This document shows, in pieces, positions 50,464-60,050 of a stretch of 64,000 bases of DNA. The stretch comes from an uncultured Desulfarculus sp. (lineage in GTDB: Bacteria > Desulfobacterota > Desulfarculia > Desulfarculales > Desulfarculaceae). Under the pieces are notes generated by a model, which saw nothing but the letters and a program-made list of their open reading frames with translations, was not told the origin of the DNA and ran no database searches. Each line of letters starts with the position of its first letter. Positions within the stretch are counted from its first letter, which is position 1. The position numbers were made by a program, and so were the translations under genes. The DNA lies in the NCBI GenBank assembly GCA_963665125.2, contig CAXXUK010000001.1, positions 1-64,000 of the forward strand. Reading direction: 5' to 3'.

Positions 50464-52764
50464 TTGACTCTACCTGACCCGCCCATCGAGGCAAGCGTTC
50501 GCAGGGGCTCCAAGGCCAATGTGCCGCTCAAGGCCGGCATCATCGGCGGCGGCAAGGCCTGTGACGACCTGTTGACCATCCTGGCCGACGACCGTATGGG
50601 TGCTTTGAACCTCGAGATCCTGGGAGTTGCCGATCCCAACCCCGAAGCGCCGGGCATCCAACACGCCAATGACCTCGGCATATTCACCACCACCGATTTC
50701 ATGGACCTCTATGAACTGAACGGGCTCAACCTTATCATTGAGTTGACCGGCGTCCCCGCCGTGCGCGACAAAGTCGCCGCCACCAAACCGTCGGAAGTCA
50801 GCACCGTCGATTCCCTGGGCGCGCGGCTGCTTTGGGACATGTTTCAGTTGGAAAGCGAGAAGCTGGCCCTGGAGCGGGAAGCCGAGGAGGTGGTGCGCCG
50901 GGAGCGCGATTGGATCCAAAAAGTGTTGGATTCGCTGCCGGACCAGATCGCGGTGTTGGATGTTGACCGCAATATTGTCAGTGTAAACAAGACGTTCAGG
51001 GAGGTTTCGGGCCTTAAGGAAAACGAGGTCATCAATCGAAAATGCTATAAAACCAAGCCCTGTCCGGCCATGGAAGACCCCTCGGAAGATGGTGAATGCC
51101 CCTTTGCGGAGGTCATGAATACCGGCGAAGCCTGTTCAATGGTTTATTCGTATGAGGCCGACGATGGCGAGATGATCTATCAGGAAGTCAGCGCGGCGCC
51201 TGTATTTGATGCAAACGGCAAGATCATTCAGGTTATCGAGGGTGTCCGTGATGTGACCCGACGCATCCGTCTTGAACACGACCTCAGGGAAACAGAGCAG
51301 AGATTAAGCCAGTTTTTGGAGGCCGCCCAGGATATCGTCTGCATCAAGGACATGAAACAACGATATGTTTACGTCAACCCGGCCGCCAGCGAGTTGGGCA
51401 ACCTGTCGCCCGAGGACATGATCGGCAAGACCGACTATGACCTGTTCCCTTCCAAAGTGGCGGCGGCCATGGCCGAACACGACCAGAAGATCGTCAACAG
51501 CGGCACACCAATCGGCTTTTATGAAAAGATGAGCGTCCGGGGCGAGATCAGGCATTTCCAGACGGTGCGCTACCCTATTTATAATGATAACGGCACGATA
51601 GTCGCTCTTTCGGTCATGGCCCGGGATGTCACCGAGGAGCGGGCTCTTCAGGAACAGGTGCGGCGCAACAAGGAGTACATGGAAAACATCCTGCAAAACT
51701 CCTCGGACATGATCATCACCACGGACCTGGACGGACTCATCGTCACCTTCAGCCCTGCCGGCGAACGCATGCTTGGCTATTCGCCGGGCGAACTGGTGGG
51801 AAAAAGCATCGAGGAACTGTGGCGCGACCCCGAGGAGAGGCGTCTGCTCATGGATCAGGTCCAGGCCAAGGGCGCGGTGAACAACTTTAACGGGACTTTG
51901 ATGGCCAAAGACGGCAGGCCCGTGGAGATCAGCCTGTCTCTGGCCCAGTTGCGCGACAATTTCGGCAGACTTTTGGGCACCGTCGGCATCAGCAAGGACG
52001 TGACCGAGGAAAACCGCCTGCGGGCCCAACTTATCGAGGCCGAGCGCCTGGCGGCCATAGGCCAGACCGTGGCCGGGCTGGCCCATTGCATCAAAAATAT
52101 CCTCAACGGCCTCAAGGGCGGATCTTACCTGGTCAATACCGGTCTGCGCCGCGATGACAGCGAGTTGGTCAACGAGGGCTGGACCACCGTGCAGAAGTCC
52201 ATCACCCGCATCGGGAACCTAAGCCTGGACATGCTCAGTTACAGCCGGGAGCGCAGCCCGGAACTGCAAAACACCGACCCTGCGGACATGCTTGAAAATA
52301 CCGTGGATATGGTGATGAAGGCCGCTGAGCTGGAAGGCGTGCGGATTCAGATGGAGATCAATGCTCCAGACCAGGTGCGGATGGACCAGTTGGCCATGAG
52401 CCGGGCAATAATGAACCTGGTGGTCAATGCCGTGGACGCCTGCAAGGAAAAAGACTACGGTTCGGACGATTGGCCCCAGGTCACTGTCGCGGCATGGTTT
52501 GACGACGGCAATTTGGTGATAAAGGTGGCCGACAATGGAAGGGGAATGAGCCCGGACATGCAGGCCCACCTGTTCCAAAGATTTTTCAGTACAAAGGGCT
52601 CCCGGGGAACCGGCCTGGGACTGGCCGTGACCCATAAGATCATCAGCGAGCACGGCGGGACAATTGAGGCTTTCTCGGAGCCCGATAAGGGCTCCGAGTT
52701 CATCATTAAAATACCCATCAACGGAGTTGGGCGCAGCACCGGATGCCGCGCTGAAACCGCCTAG
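50464..52764 (+). CDS. Multi-PAS sensor histidine kinase with N-terminal Rossmann-like domain
   Basis: GIIGGGK, three PAS domains, AHCIKN H-box, NAVDA, DNGRG, GTGLGL. Confidence 0.92.
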   Translation: MTLPDPPIEASVRRGSKANVPLKAGIIGGGKACDDLLTILADDRMGALNLEILGVADPNPEAPGIQHANDLGIFTTTDFMDLYELNGLNLIIELTGVPAVRDKVAATKPSEVSTVDSLGARLLWDMFQLESEKLALEREAEEVVRRERDWIQKVLDSLPDQIAVLDVDRNIVSVNKTFREVSGLKENEVINRKCYKTKPCPAMEDPSEDGECPFAEVMNTGEACSMVYSYEADDGEMIYQEVSAAPVFDANGKIIQVIEGVRDVTRRIRLEHDLRETEQRLSQFLEAAQDIVCIKDMKQRYVYVNPAASELGNLSPEDMIGKTDYDLFPSKVAAAMAEHDQKIVNSGTPIGFYEKMSVRGEIRHFQTVRYPIYNDNGTIVALSVMARDVTEERALQEQVRRNKEYMENILQNSSDMIITTDLDGLIVTFSPAGERMLGYSPGELVGKSIEELWRDPEERRLLMDQVQAKGAVNNFNGTLMAKDGRPVEISLSLAQLRDNFGRLLGTVGISKDVTEENRLRAQLIEAERLAAIGQTVAGLAHCIKNILNGLKGGSYLVNTGLRRDDSELVNEGWTTVQKSITRIGNLSLDMLSYSRERSPELQNTDPADMLENTVDMVMKAAELEGVRIQMEINAPDQVRMDQLAMSRAIMNLVVNAVDACKEKDYGSDDWPQVTVAAWFDDGNLVIKVADNGRGMSPDMQAHLFQRFFSTKGSRGTGLGLAVTHKIISEHGGTIEAFSEPDKGSEFIIKIPINGVGRSTGCRAETA

Positions 52765-53045
52765 GCCTCCAACCGCTCCACTTCATAGCAATACTGGCTG
52801 TCGGCCCTTTGGATAACCAGCCTGGCTCCGCCTATGCGCTGGGCCACCCAAATCACGAACAGCTTGCCCCAGGGGTCACGGGCCAGGGCCCATTGGTCTA
52901 TCGAGTCCCTGATGGTGCGCCCGTTGACTTCGGCCCTGAAGATAAGGTTGCCGCTGACCCAGCGTGAGCCGGCTTCAACCCCGTGGCCGTTCATGTTTAC
53001 GCACTCTTCCACTTCCACCATGGACACGGGATAAGCTATTGACAT
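52761..53045 (-). CDS. Hypothetical protein
   Basis: Fills gap between convergent genes; no motif. Confidence 0.45.
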   Translation of the reverse strand: MSIAYPVSMVEVEECVNMNGHGVEAGSRWVSGNLIFRAEVNGRTIRDSIDQWALARDPWGKLFVIWVAQRIGGARLVIQRADSQYCYEVERLEA

Positions 53046-53052
53046 GCGCCGA

Positions 53053-53475
53053 TCACCGGCTGTAATGGGCGGCACAGTCAGCCAAGGCAGCCATTAGCAG
53101 GTTAATCAGAGCCCATTCCCGGCGGTCCTTGGCCGGTGGCTCTACATCGTCGTCAACGGCTTTGCTGCACAGTCGCTCGGCCTGTTTGGCTCGCTGGGCC
53201 GAGGCCGATGGCAGTTCATTGGTGAGCTTGCGAAGCATCAGCATACAGGCGGCAAAATCATTGCTGCCTTTGCCAAAGTTGCTGGGATCGTGGAAGAATT
53301 CATCCAGGGATCCATCCGAATCGACCTTCTTGAAAAGCAGGGCAAAGTCTTCAGCGAGGCTCTTTTCCACGGGCACCCCCTTGGTGTTTAATTTTCGTTC
53401 GCCTAATAAAATGGTTAGCACACCAGCAGCCACCGCGTCAACGGCTGGTGAATGGACCATCAATACTTGCAACAA
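53053..53475 (-). CDS. Hypothetical protein
   Basis: 140-aa helical ORF; no motif. Confidence 0.5.
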   Translation of the reverse strand: MLQVLMVHSPAVDAVAAGVLTILLGERKLNTKGVPVEKSLAEDFALLFKKVDSDGSLDEFFHDPSNFGKGSNDFAACMLMLRKLTNELPSASAQRAKQAERLCSKAVDDDVEPPAKDRREWALINLLMAALADCAAHYSR

Positions 53476-53570
53476 ACCTGCCCCAAGGGCTACACTGGGA
53501 ACAGAAACAGGCCGGAACTCCAGTGAGGCCGGACCGTCTACCCAAGATATGCTTCAGGAGTAGGGTGGCA

Positions 53571-54011
53571 ATGACCAATACCAGAGTGCTCATAGTCGAC
53601 GACGAACCGGAGAATGTCCGCTACCTCCAGACGATCCTCGAGGAAAATGGTTTTACCGACATCCATTCGGCAGGTGATGGTGAAGAGGGCCTGAAAAAGG
53701 CCAAACAATTGATGCCTGGTCTTATTATTCTGGATGTCCGCATGCCCAAAAAGACGGGTATCGTAGTGTTTAATGAACTGAAAAGTGTTTGGAAATACAA
53801 AAATATCCCCATAATCATCCTCACCGGAGAGGGCGAGTTCCTCAAGCAGTTGACCTCACTGCGCGGCTACCACGAGGACTCCGGCATGGAAAACCAGAAG
53901 CCCACCGAGGAGGTGCTGGGGCAATTCATTGGGCAGCGCCCCGAGGCTTTTTTGGAAAAGCCCATTGAGCCTGATTTGTTGATGAGCACCATCGGCACCG
54001 TATTGGGCTGA
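53571..54011 (+). CDS. Single-domain response regulator
   Basis: LIVDDE, LDVRMP, ILTG, LEKP. Confidence 0.9.
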   Translation: MTNTRVLIVDDEPENVRYLQTILEENGFTDIHSAGDGEEGLKKAKQLMPGLIILDVRMPKKTGIVVFNELKSVWKYKNIPIIILTGEGEFLKQLTSLRGYHEDSGMENQKPTEEVLGQFIGQRPEAFLEKPIEPDLLMSTIGTVLG

Positions 54012-54050
54012 TTGATATTCCAAATTTCAATGATGTAAGGCATCATTAAT

Positions 54051-54090
54051 ATTAGCCTCCCGTGCATAACGGGAGGCTAATTATTGTTTT
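54051..54090 (+). terminator. Intrinsic terminator
   Basis: ATTAGCCTCCCGT/ACGGGAGGCTAAT perfect 13-bp stem, T-rich tail. Confidence 0.8.
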
Positions 54091-54127
54091 GCCGATTGAA
54101 AATCATAAAAGATAACAGGAGCTTTTA

Positions 54128-54451
54128 ATGAATGCGCAGCAAGGCAGGCCCAACGGCGGCGGTGACGCGCAGATCAAGGTGAGTTTTTTTCCGGCATGGT
54201 GCAAGGGATGCGGCAACTGCGTGGCCTTTTGCCCCAGGGGAGCCTTGGCCATGGATCAGTGGGGCCACCCGCATCTGGCCAAGCCCGAACGTTGCACCCG
54301 TTGCGGCCTTTGCGAAATGCTTTGCCCCGATTTCGCCATCAGCGTCAGCGATACCACGGCCCAGACCGTGTGCGAGCCCGAACGCGGCATGGCCGCCCGG
54401 CCCGTCAACCAAAGCCCCGAGCGCCTGGCGCCGGTGGATCGGGAGGGCTAG
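54128..54451 (+). CDS. korD: 2x[4Fe-4S] delta subunit of 2-oxoacid:ferredoxin oxidoreductase
   Basis: CKGCGNCVAFCP and CTRCGLCEMLCPD. Confidence 0.85.
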   Translation: MNAQQGRPNGGGDAQIKVSFFPAWCKGCGNCVAFCPRGALAMDQWGHPHLAKPERCTRCGLCEMLCPDFAISVSDTTAQTVCEPERGMAARPVNQSPERLAPVDREG

Positions 54452-54454
54452 CCC

Positions 54455-55591
54455 ATGGCTGCTAAAAAGGCGATGCTGCTGCAAGGCAACGAGGCCGTGG
54501 CCAGGGGCGCCCTGGCCGCCGGTTGCAACTTTTTCGCGGGCTATCCCATCACCCCGGCCAGCGAGATCACCGAAATCATGAGCCGGGAACTACCGGCCAG
54601 GGGCCATTCGTTCATTCAGATGGAGGACGAGATAGCCTCCATGGGCGCCTGCATCGGCGCGGCCTTGGCCGGCGGCAAGTCAATGACCGCCACCAGCGGA
54701 CCGGGCTTTTCGCTGATGCAGGAAAACCTGGGCTGGGCCGTGATAACCGAAACGCCCATGGTGCTGGTCAACGTTATGCGGGCCGGGCCCTCTACAGGCC
54801 TGCCCACCAACCCGGCCCAGGGCGATCTGCAACAGGCCCGTTGGGGCACCCACGGCGATCACCCGGCCATCGTGCTTTGTCCGTCCAGCGTGGCCGAATG
54901 CTTCAGTCTCACCGTGACGGCCTTCAACCTGTCCGAACGGTTCCGCACGCCGGTGATTCTGTTGGCCGACGAGGTGGTGGCCCACATGCGCGAAAAGGTC
55001 GTATTGCCCGCCGAGCAGGAACTGGAGATAATCGAGCGCCGCAAGCCGTCCATGCCGCCGGATTGGTACACGCCGTACAAGACCGACGGCAGCCTGATTC
55101 CCCGCCTGGCCGACCTGGGCGACGGCTACCGCTATCACGTCACAGGTCTGGTGCATGACGAGCGTGGGTTCCCCACCCGCCGGGCCGACGAGGTGGGGCC
55201 GTTCTATAACCGGCTTTTCAACAAAATCAGCCGCCATTTCAGGGACCTGGAAATGACCAGGCGCATCGAGGTCGATGACGCCGAAGTGGTGATCATCGCC
55301 TATGGCTGCACGGCCCGGGCCGCCCAGGCGGCGGTTCGCATGGGCCGGGAAAGCGGCCTCAAAGTCGGCCTGTTGCAACTGACCAGCGTGTGGCCCTTCC
55401 CCCGCCGGGCCGTGGAGGATGTCCTCGACAGCGCCAGGGCCGTGTTGGTGCCCGAACTGAACATGGGCCAGCTCAGCCGTGAGGTCAAACGCGTAAGCCG
55501 CGGCCAGGTCCAGGTGCAGCGCCACAGCCGCATGGACGGCATGGTGATAACGCCCGAGGAACTGCTGATCAAAGTAAGGGAGTTGGCCTGA
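54455..55591 (+). CDS. korA: 2-oxoacid:ferredoxin oxidoreductase alpha subunit
   Basis: GNEA, GYPITP, EDEI, TSGPGFSLMQE, GPSTGLPT. Confidence 0.92.
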   Translation: MAAKKAMLLQGNEAVARGALAAGCNFFAGYPITPASEITEIMSRELPARGHSFIQMEDEIASMGACIGAALAGGKSMTATSGPGFSLMQENLGWAVITETPMVLVNVMRAGPSTGLPTNPAQGDLQQARWGTHGDHPAIVLCPSSVAECFSLTVTAFNLSERFRTPVILLADEVVAHMREKVVLPAEQELEIIERRKPSMPPDWYTPYKTDGSLIPRLADLGDGYRYHVTGLVHDERGFPTRRADEVGPFYNRLFNKISRHFRDLEMTRRIEVDDAEVVIIAYGCTARAAQAAVRMGRESGLKVGLLQLTSVWPFPRRAVEDVLDSARAVLVPELNMGQLSREVKRVSRGQVQVQRHSRMDGMVITPEELLIKVRELA

Positions 55592-56436
55592 TGCCTCCTG
55601 TACACCGCAGCGTGGTCTACGATTGGCTGCGCCATGACAAGAGATTTCCCCATGTCTGGTGTCCGGGCTGCGGCCTGGGCATCCTGCTGGGTTCGCTGGT
55701 GCGGACCATGGCCACCATGGGCCTGGATAAAAACGACGTGGTGCTGGTCGCGGGCATCGGCTGCTCGGGCCGGTTGCCGGTCTACGTGGATGTGGGCAGC
55801 GTGCACACCACCCACGGCCGAGCCCTTACCTTTGCCACGGGAATCAAGCTGTCCAAGCCGGAACTGAAGGTCATCACCGTGATGGGCGACGGCGACGCCA
55901 CGGCCATCGGCGGCAATCACCTGATCCACGCCGCCCGGCGCAACCTGGACATCACGGCCATCATCGTCAACAACCAGAACTACGGCATGACCGGCGGGCA
56001 ATACAGCCCCACCACGCCCCAGGGCGCAAGGGCCACCACGGCCCCCTTTGGCCATATCGAACCGGCCTTTGACATCAGCGCCCTGACGGTCACGGCCGGG
56101 GCCAGTTTCGTGGCCCGGTCCACGGTCTATCACGTGACCCAATTGGACGACATGCTGACCAGGGCCATTGATCATCCGGGCTTCGGCGTGGTGGAGGTGC
56201 TGAGCCCCTGTCATACCAATTTCGGCCGCCAGAACAAGCTGGGCTCCCAGATCGACATGATGAAACAATACAAGAAACAGGCCGTGCGCATGGAGCGTTG
56301 GCAAAAGATGACCCCGGAGCAGAGACAGGACCATTACCCCATAGGCGTGCTCACCGAGCGCCGGGAGCCGACCTATATCGAAAAGTACGAGATGTTGCGC
56401 CAAAAGGCCATGGGCCTGGCCGGGGAGGAAGGCTGA
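55591..56436 (+). CDS. korB: 2-oxoacid:ferredoxin oxidoreductase beta subunit
   Basis: WCPGCG, GIGCSGR, HGRA, GDGD, YGMTGGQ. Confidence 0.92.
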   Translation: MPPVHRSVVYDWLRHDKRFPHVWCPGCGLGILLGSLVRTMATMGLDKNDVVLVAGIGCSGRLPVYVDVGSVHTTHGRALTFATGIKLSKPELKVITVMGDGDATAIGGNHLIHAARRNLDITAIIVNNQNYGMTGGQYSPTTPQGARATTAPFGHIEPAFDISALTVTAGASFVARSTVYHVTQLDDMLTRAIDHPGFGVVEVLSPCHTNFGRQNKLGSQIDMMKQYKKQAVRMERWQKMTPEQRQDHYPIGVLTERREPTYIEKYEMLRQKAMGLAGEEG

Positions 56437-57041
56437 TGCCCAAGGCAGCACCGCTTTCCGCGCCGCGTGTTGAGGTACGCCTGGCCGGTTCCGGCGGCCA
56501 GGGCTTGATCCTGGCCGGCCTGGTCTTGGCCGAGGCCGCCGGCCTATACGACGGCCGGGAGGTTTCCATGGCCCAGTCCTACGGCCCCGAGGCCAGAGGC
56601 GGGGCCTCCAAGGCCGAGGTCATCATCAGCGACAAGATTATCGATTTTCCCCAGTGCACCAGGGTGGACCTGCTTTTGGCCCTGACCCAGGAGGCGGCCG
56701 ACGCCTATTGCTGGGACCTGCGGCCCGGCGCCTGGGTCTTGGTGGACTCCGACCTGGTGACCCACCCGCCCACCAGCCTGGCCATGGGCCTGCCGTTCAC
56801 GGCCGTGGCCAAGGAAAAGCTGAAGAAGGTGATGGTGGCCAACGTGGTGGCCCTGGGGGCCATCGGCGAGATCGGCGGTTTCGTAACCCGCCGGGCCCTG
56901 GAGCGGGCCCTGTTGGCCAGGGTGCCCAAAGGCACCGAGGAACTGAACAAAAAGGCCCTGAGCGAGGGCGCGCGCCTGGCCAAGAAATGGCTGGCCGACC
57001 GCAAGGATGACGGCGGAGACCCCAGGCTGGAAGACATATAA
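56436..57041 (+). CDS. korC: 2-oxoacid:ferredoxin oxidoreductase gamma subunit
   Basis: GSGGQG, YGPEARGG, ANVVALG. Confidence 0.92.
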   Translation: MPKAAPLSAPRVEVRLAGSGGQGLILAGLVLAEAAGLYDGREVSMAQSYGPEARGGASKAEVIISDKIIDFPQCTRVDLLLALTQEAADAYCWDLRPGAWVLVDSDLVTHPPTSLAMGLPFTAVAKEKLKKVMVANVVALGAIGEIGGFVTRRALERALLARVPKGTEELNKKALSEGARLAKKWLADRKDDGGDPRLEDI

Positions 57042-57078
57042 CCGGTCTGCCTGGTAGCTGCGCCGGGCGCCGGAGGGC

Positions 57079-57107
57079 TTGCTATCCCGCTGCCAGCGAT
57101 TTATCCT
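57079..57107 (+). promoter_or_regulatory. Sigma70-like promoter of ncRNA candidate 1
   Basis: TTGCTA-N17-TATCCT. Confidence 0.55.
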
Positions 57108-57112
57108 GGTGT

Positions 57113-57203
57113 TGTCAACCGGAGACGCCAGGGAATCAGCTTGTGGCGAGATCTGAGGGTCAAACAATGCGGGGATTGGCTGTCCCGCCCGGTTGACGTT
57201 TTT
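57113..57203 (+). ncRNA. Structured ncRNA candidate, copy 1
   Basis: Closing stem GTCAACCGG/CCGGTTGAC plus T run; core shared with 60956-61057. Confidence 0.6.
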
Positions 57204-57237
57204 CTTATTGCATCCGCAGTTGCCCGTCTAGACATCC

Positions 57238-57270
57238 AAAAAGAAGCGGCCGGGGTTCGCGCCCGGCCGC
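57238..57270 (-). terminator. Terminator of lipoprotein gene
   Basis: GCGGCCGGG/CCCGGCCGC stem with TTCTTTTT on minus strand. Confidence 0.75.
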
Positions 57271-57291
57271 CGTGCTTCAAACCCGCCGATA

Positions 57292-57753
57292 CTATTGCTT
57301 GTTGACCACCAGGCGTCCCGAATCCAGCAGGGTGTCGGTGTAGCCGCCCTTGACCTGGGTGGTGGAGATGGTGCCCAGGAACTGGGTGCTGTCGCCGCTG
57401 TCCCAGACAATGGCGAACGATATCTCGCCGGGGGCGTTGCCGTAGGAGGCGATGCCCGCCACCGCGCCTCTGGTGAAGCCCTGCTTGTTGGTGATGGTGG
57501 CCACGCCGATGAAGTCGCCCACCTCGTTTTGTTGCAGGGTCAGGGTGATTTCGCCGCTACCCATGCCCAGGATGCTGGTCCAGGTGCCGCTCCATGTCCC
57601 GGCCACGATGCCGTCATAGTTGTATTGGGTTGTCGGCGTGGGGATGGGCAGATCGCCCGAACCGCTGCCGCCGCCGCTAGAGCCGCAGGCAGCGCCGAAC
57701 AAGGCCATGACGACGACGCACAACAGTATTTTCAGCTTGGCTTGGCTGGGCAT
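57292..57753 (-). CDS. Lipoprotein, paralog 1
   Basis: Signal II, AAC, Gly/Ser linker, AGTWSGTW. Confidence 0.75.
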   Translation of the reverse strand: MPSQAKLKILLCVVVMALFGAACGSSGGGSGSGDLPIPTPTTQYNYDGIVAGTWSGTWTSILGMGSGEITLTLQQNEVGDFIGVATITNKQGFTRGAVAGIASYGNAPGEISFAIVWDSGDSTQFLGTISTTQVKGGYTDTLLDSGRLVVNKQ

Positions 57754-58032
57754 GGGGCTCCTCCCGAATCCGGATGATGACTTTTTTCGGCTTTGGGGGG
57801 CAGGGCCATGCCGATGTTAAAGCTTATTGCGTAAGATTGTTACGTCATACCATACGGAAACGGGCAAATACGAGTCAAGCCCATTAAAACGGACCAGGAG
57901 GATAAACCGTGATTGCGGCGTTATTTTTCCTTGATCAGGTTGAAATACGCCTTTTGTATTGTTGATGCGTAAAGGGCCAAGACGGTGGTCTGTTGCCTCT
58001 GTCGCTTGTTCTGGCCCCAAGCGGTGACGGGG

Positions 58033-58497
58033 CTACTTTTTTTTGTCGATACCATAACTGCCGGTATCGAACGATGAGCCAAAGTGCTCGATATCACCTG
58101 TTGAATAATACTTGGCCGCCTGCTCGTGGATGTCGCCGTCAAGGATGCTCTGGCCGAAGCCGCCGCTCCATTTGATGGTAATGCTGATGTGGGGCAGGGG
58201 GGTGGTTATATCCTGCCAACTGGCGGTGAGCGTGCCGGTGCGGGTCTTGGTTCCATCGACCAGGGTGGCCGTGCCGGTGAATTGCTGGTTCCCCTTGCTG
58301 ACCAGGGTGATGGTCAGGTCCTTTTTGGCGCTGCCCGAGGGAACCTGCCAGTAGCCGGTCCAGGTCCCGGCGTAGGGGTCTGAGGCGTTAATATCGGCGC
58401 TGCCGGAATCGCCGCTGCCGCCGCCGCTGTGGCAGCCCGCCGCGATCAGGACCGCCAGGGACACGATGATGATTTTGAGCTTTACGGAAAAAGCCAT
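58033..58497 (-). CDS. Lipoprotein, paralog 2
   Basis: AAGC-HSGGGSG, DPYAGTWTGYW. Confidence 0.78.
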   Translation of the reverse strand: MAFSVKLKIIIVSLAVLIAAGCHSGGGSGDSGSADINASDPYAGTWTGYWQVPSGSAKKDLTITLVSKGNQQFTGTATLVDGTKTRTGTLTASWQDITTPLPHISITIKWSGGFGQSILDGDIHEQAAKYYSTGDIEHFGSSFDTGSYGIDKKK

Positions 58498-58509
58498 GGT
58501 AGTTCTCCG

Positions 58510-58977
58510 CTAATCGTTTTTGCTGATGCTGAACGTGCCCGTGTAGAGGTTGGGCCCCACGAAATGATCCACGCTGCCGCTGATAATGGTTTTTGCCGCG
58601 CCCTGGGTGACGTCTCCCTCCAGCACGGTTTCCTCATAGGCGCCTTCCCATTTGATGGTAAAGCTCATGACCGGTTTGACTACGTTGGTGAAAATTGCGG
58701 TGACGGGGCCGTGTTGGGTCTTGCCGTCTTTGACGGTGGTGGCGGTGCCGGAGTATTGATTGTGGCCCAGGCTGATCAATTTGATTTCCAGGCTCATTTC
58801 GGCATTGCCGGTGGAATAATCCCAATGACCGATCCACGTCCCGGCGTAAGGGTCGGCTGCGTCCACGGCCGAGGCATCTTGGGGCGAACCGCTGCCGCCG
58901 CCGCTGTGGCAGGCCCCGCAGAGGACGAGGCAAATAACCAGGGCAGCGATTTTCAGCAGGGGCTTGCGATGGGTCAT
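58510..58977 (-). CDS. Lipoprotein, paralog 3
   Basis: GAC-HSGGGSG, DPYAGTWIGHW. Confidence 0.78.
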   Translation of the reverse strand: MTHRKPLLKIAALVICLVLCGACHSGGGSGSPQDASAVDAADPYAGTWIGHWDYSTGNAEMSLEIKLISLGHNQYSGTATTVKDGKTQHGPVTAIFTNVVKPVMSFTIKWEGAYEETVLEGDVTQGAAKTIISGSVDHFVGPNLYTGTFSISKND

Positions 58978-59261
58978 GATTGTGACTCTTTCGAACTGGA
59001 GGCGGTTCAGGCGCCCGTATTGAACGGTTTCGGCTTTGTTAGCTGCGTCAACATTTGGAAAAAATATCCTGAAACGGGCCAAGACGCAATACAATACGGC
59101 TTGCATCGCCCTGGGTGGGTCCGCCTTTTTTTCAGGCCCGGGGCGGCGGCTGGTCGTGAATAAGTAATTGACCATTGGCCGGGGCGCTGGTAAGAGTTTT
59201 CCTTCACAAGCTTGTACGATCCACTCACCGGCCTTGGCCGGATTAATCCGAGGACGTCCCC

Positions 59262-60050
59262 ATGACCGAAGAGATCAAAAACCAGCTAACGCTGGACGAC
59301 GAGTATACTTTCGCTTGTCACAAGGGCCTGGACTGCTACACCTCGTGCTGCCGCGACGTTACGATCATGCTCACGCCCAACGATGTGCTGCGCCTGCGCA
59401 AGGCCCTGGGCATGACTTCGCCCGAGTTTTTGGAAAAATACACCCAGATAGTTCAGGTGCCGGGCAAGGTCGTGCCCCTGGTGCAATTCCGCATGAACGA
59501 TGAAGACAACAAGAAGTGCTTCTTCGTGCGCCCTCACGGCTGCGCGGTGTATGAGCACCGTCCCTGGGCCTGCCGCATGTTCCCCCTTGATGAATATTCC
59601 AAGGGCGGTTTCCAGATCGTCACCAATCCCCAGCGCTGCCACGGCTTGGCCAAGGGCGACAAGTGGAAGGTCCGGGACTGGCTGATGGACCAGGGCGCCA
59701 CCCAGTCCAAGGAAATGGACGGCGGTTACGAGTCGCTGGTTTCGCACCACTTCATGAAAGAGGCCGCGGGCATCCAGAACCCCAAGGTTCAGCAGATGAT
59801 CGTCATGGCCATCTACGACCTGGACCGTTTCCGGGAGTTTGTCTTCAGCAGCTCGTTCCTGGAACGTTTCGACCTGGATCAGGACACCATCGACGCTTGC
59901 AAGCTCGACGACGTGGCTTTGTTGGACCTGGGCTATGCCTGGATACGCTTCGGCCTGCTGGGCCAAAAGTCGCTGAAGCTCAAATCCGACGTGGCCGAGA
60001 AATTCGGCCTGGACAAGGAACAGCCCGCGGCTGAAGAGGCTGGCGAGTAA
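59262..60050 (+). CDS. YkgJ family cysteine-cluster protein
   Basis: CH...CYTSCC, LTPND, C..GCAVYEHRPWACRMFPL. Confidence 0.88.
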   Translation: MTEEIKNQLTLDDEYTFACHKGLDCYTSCCRDVTIMLTPNDVLRLRKALGMTSPEFLEKYTQIVQVPGKVVPLVQFRMNDEDNKKCFFVRPHGCAVYEHRPWACRMFPLDEYSKGGFQIVTNPQRCHGLAKGDKWKVRDWLMDQGATQSKEMDGGYESLVSHHFMKEAAGIQNPKVQQMIVMAIYDLDRFREFVFSSSFLERFDLDQDTIDACKLDDVALLDLGYAWIRFGLLGQKSLKLKSDVAEKFGLDKEQPAAEEAGE

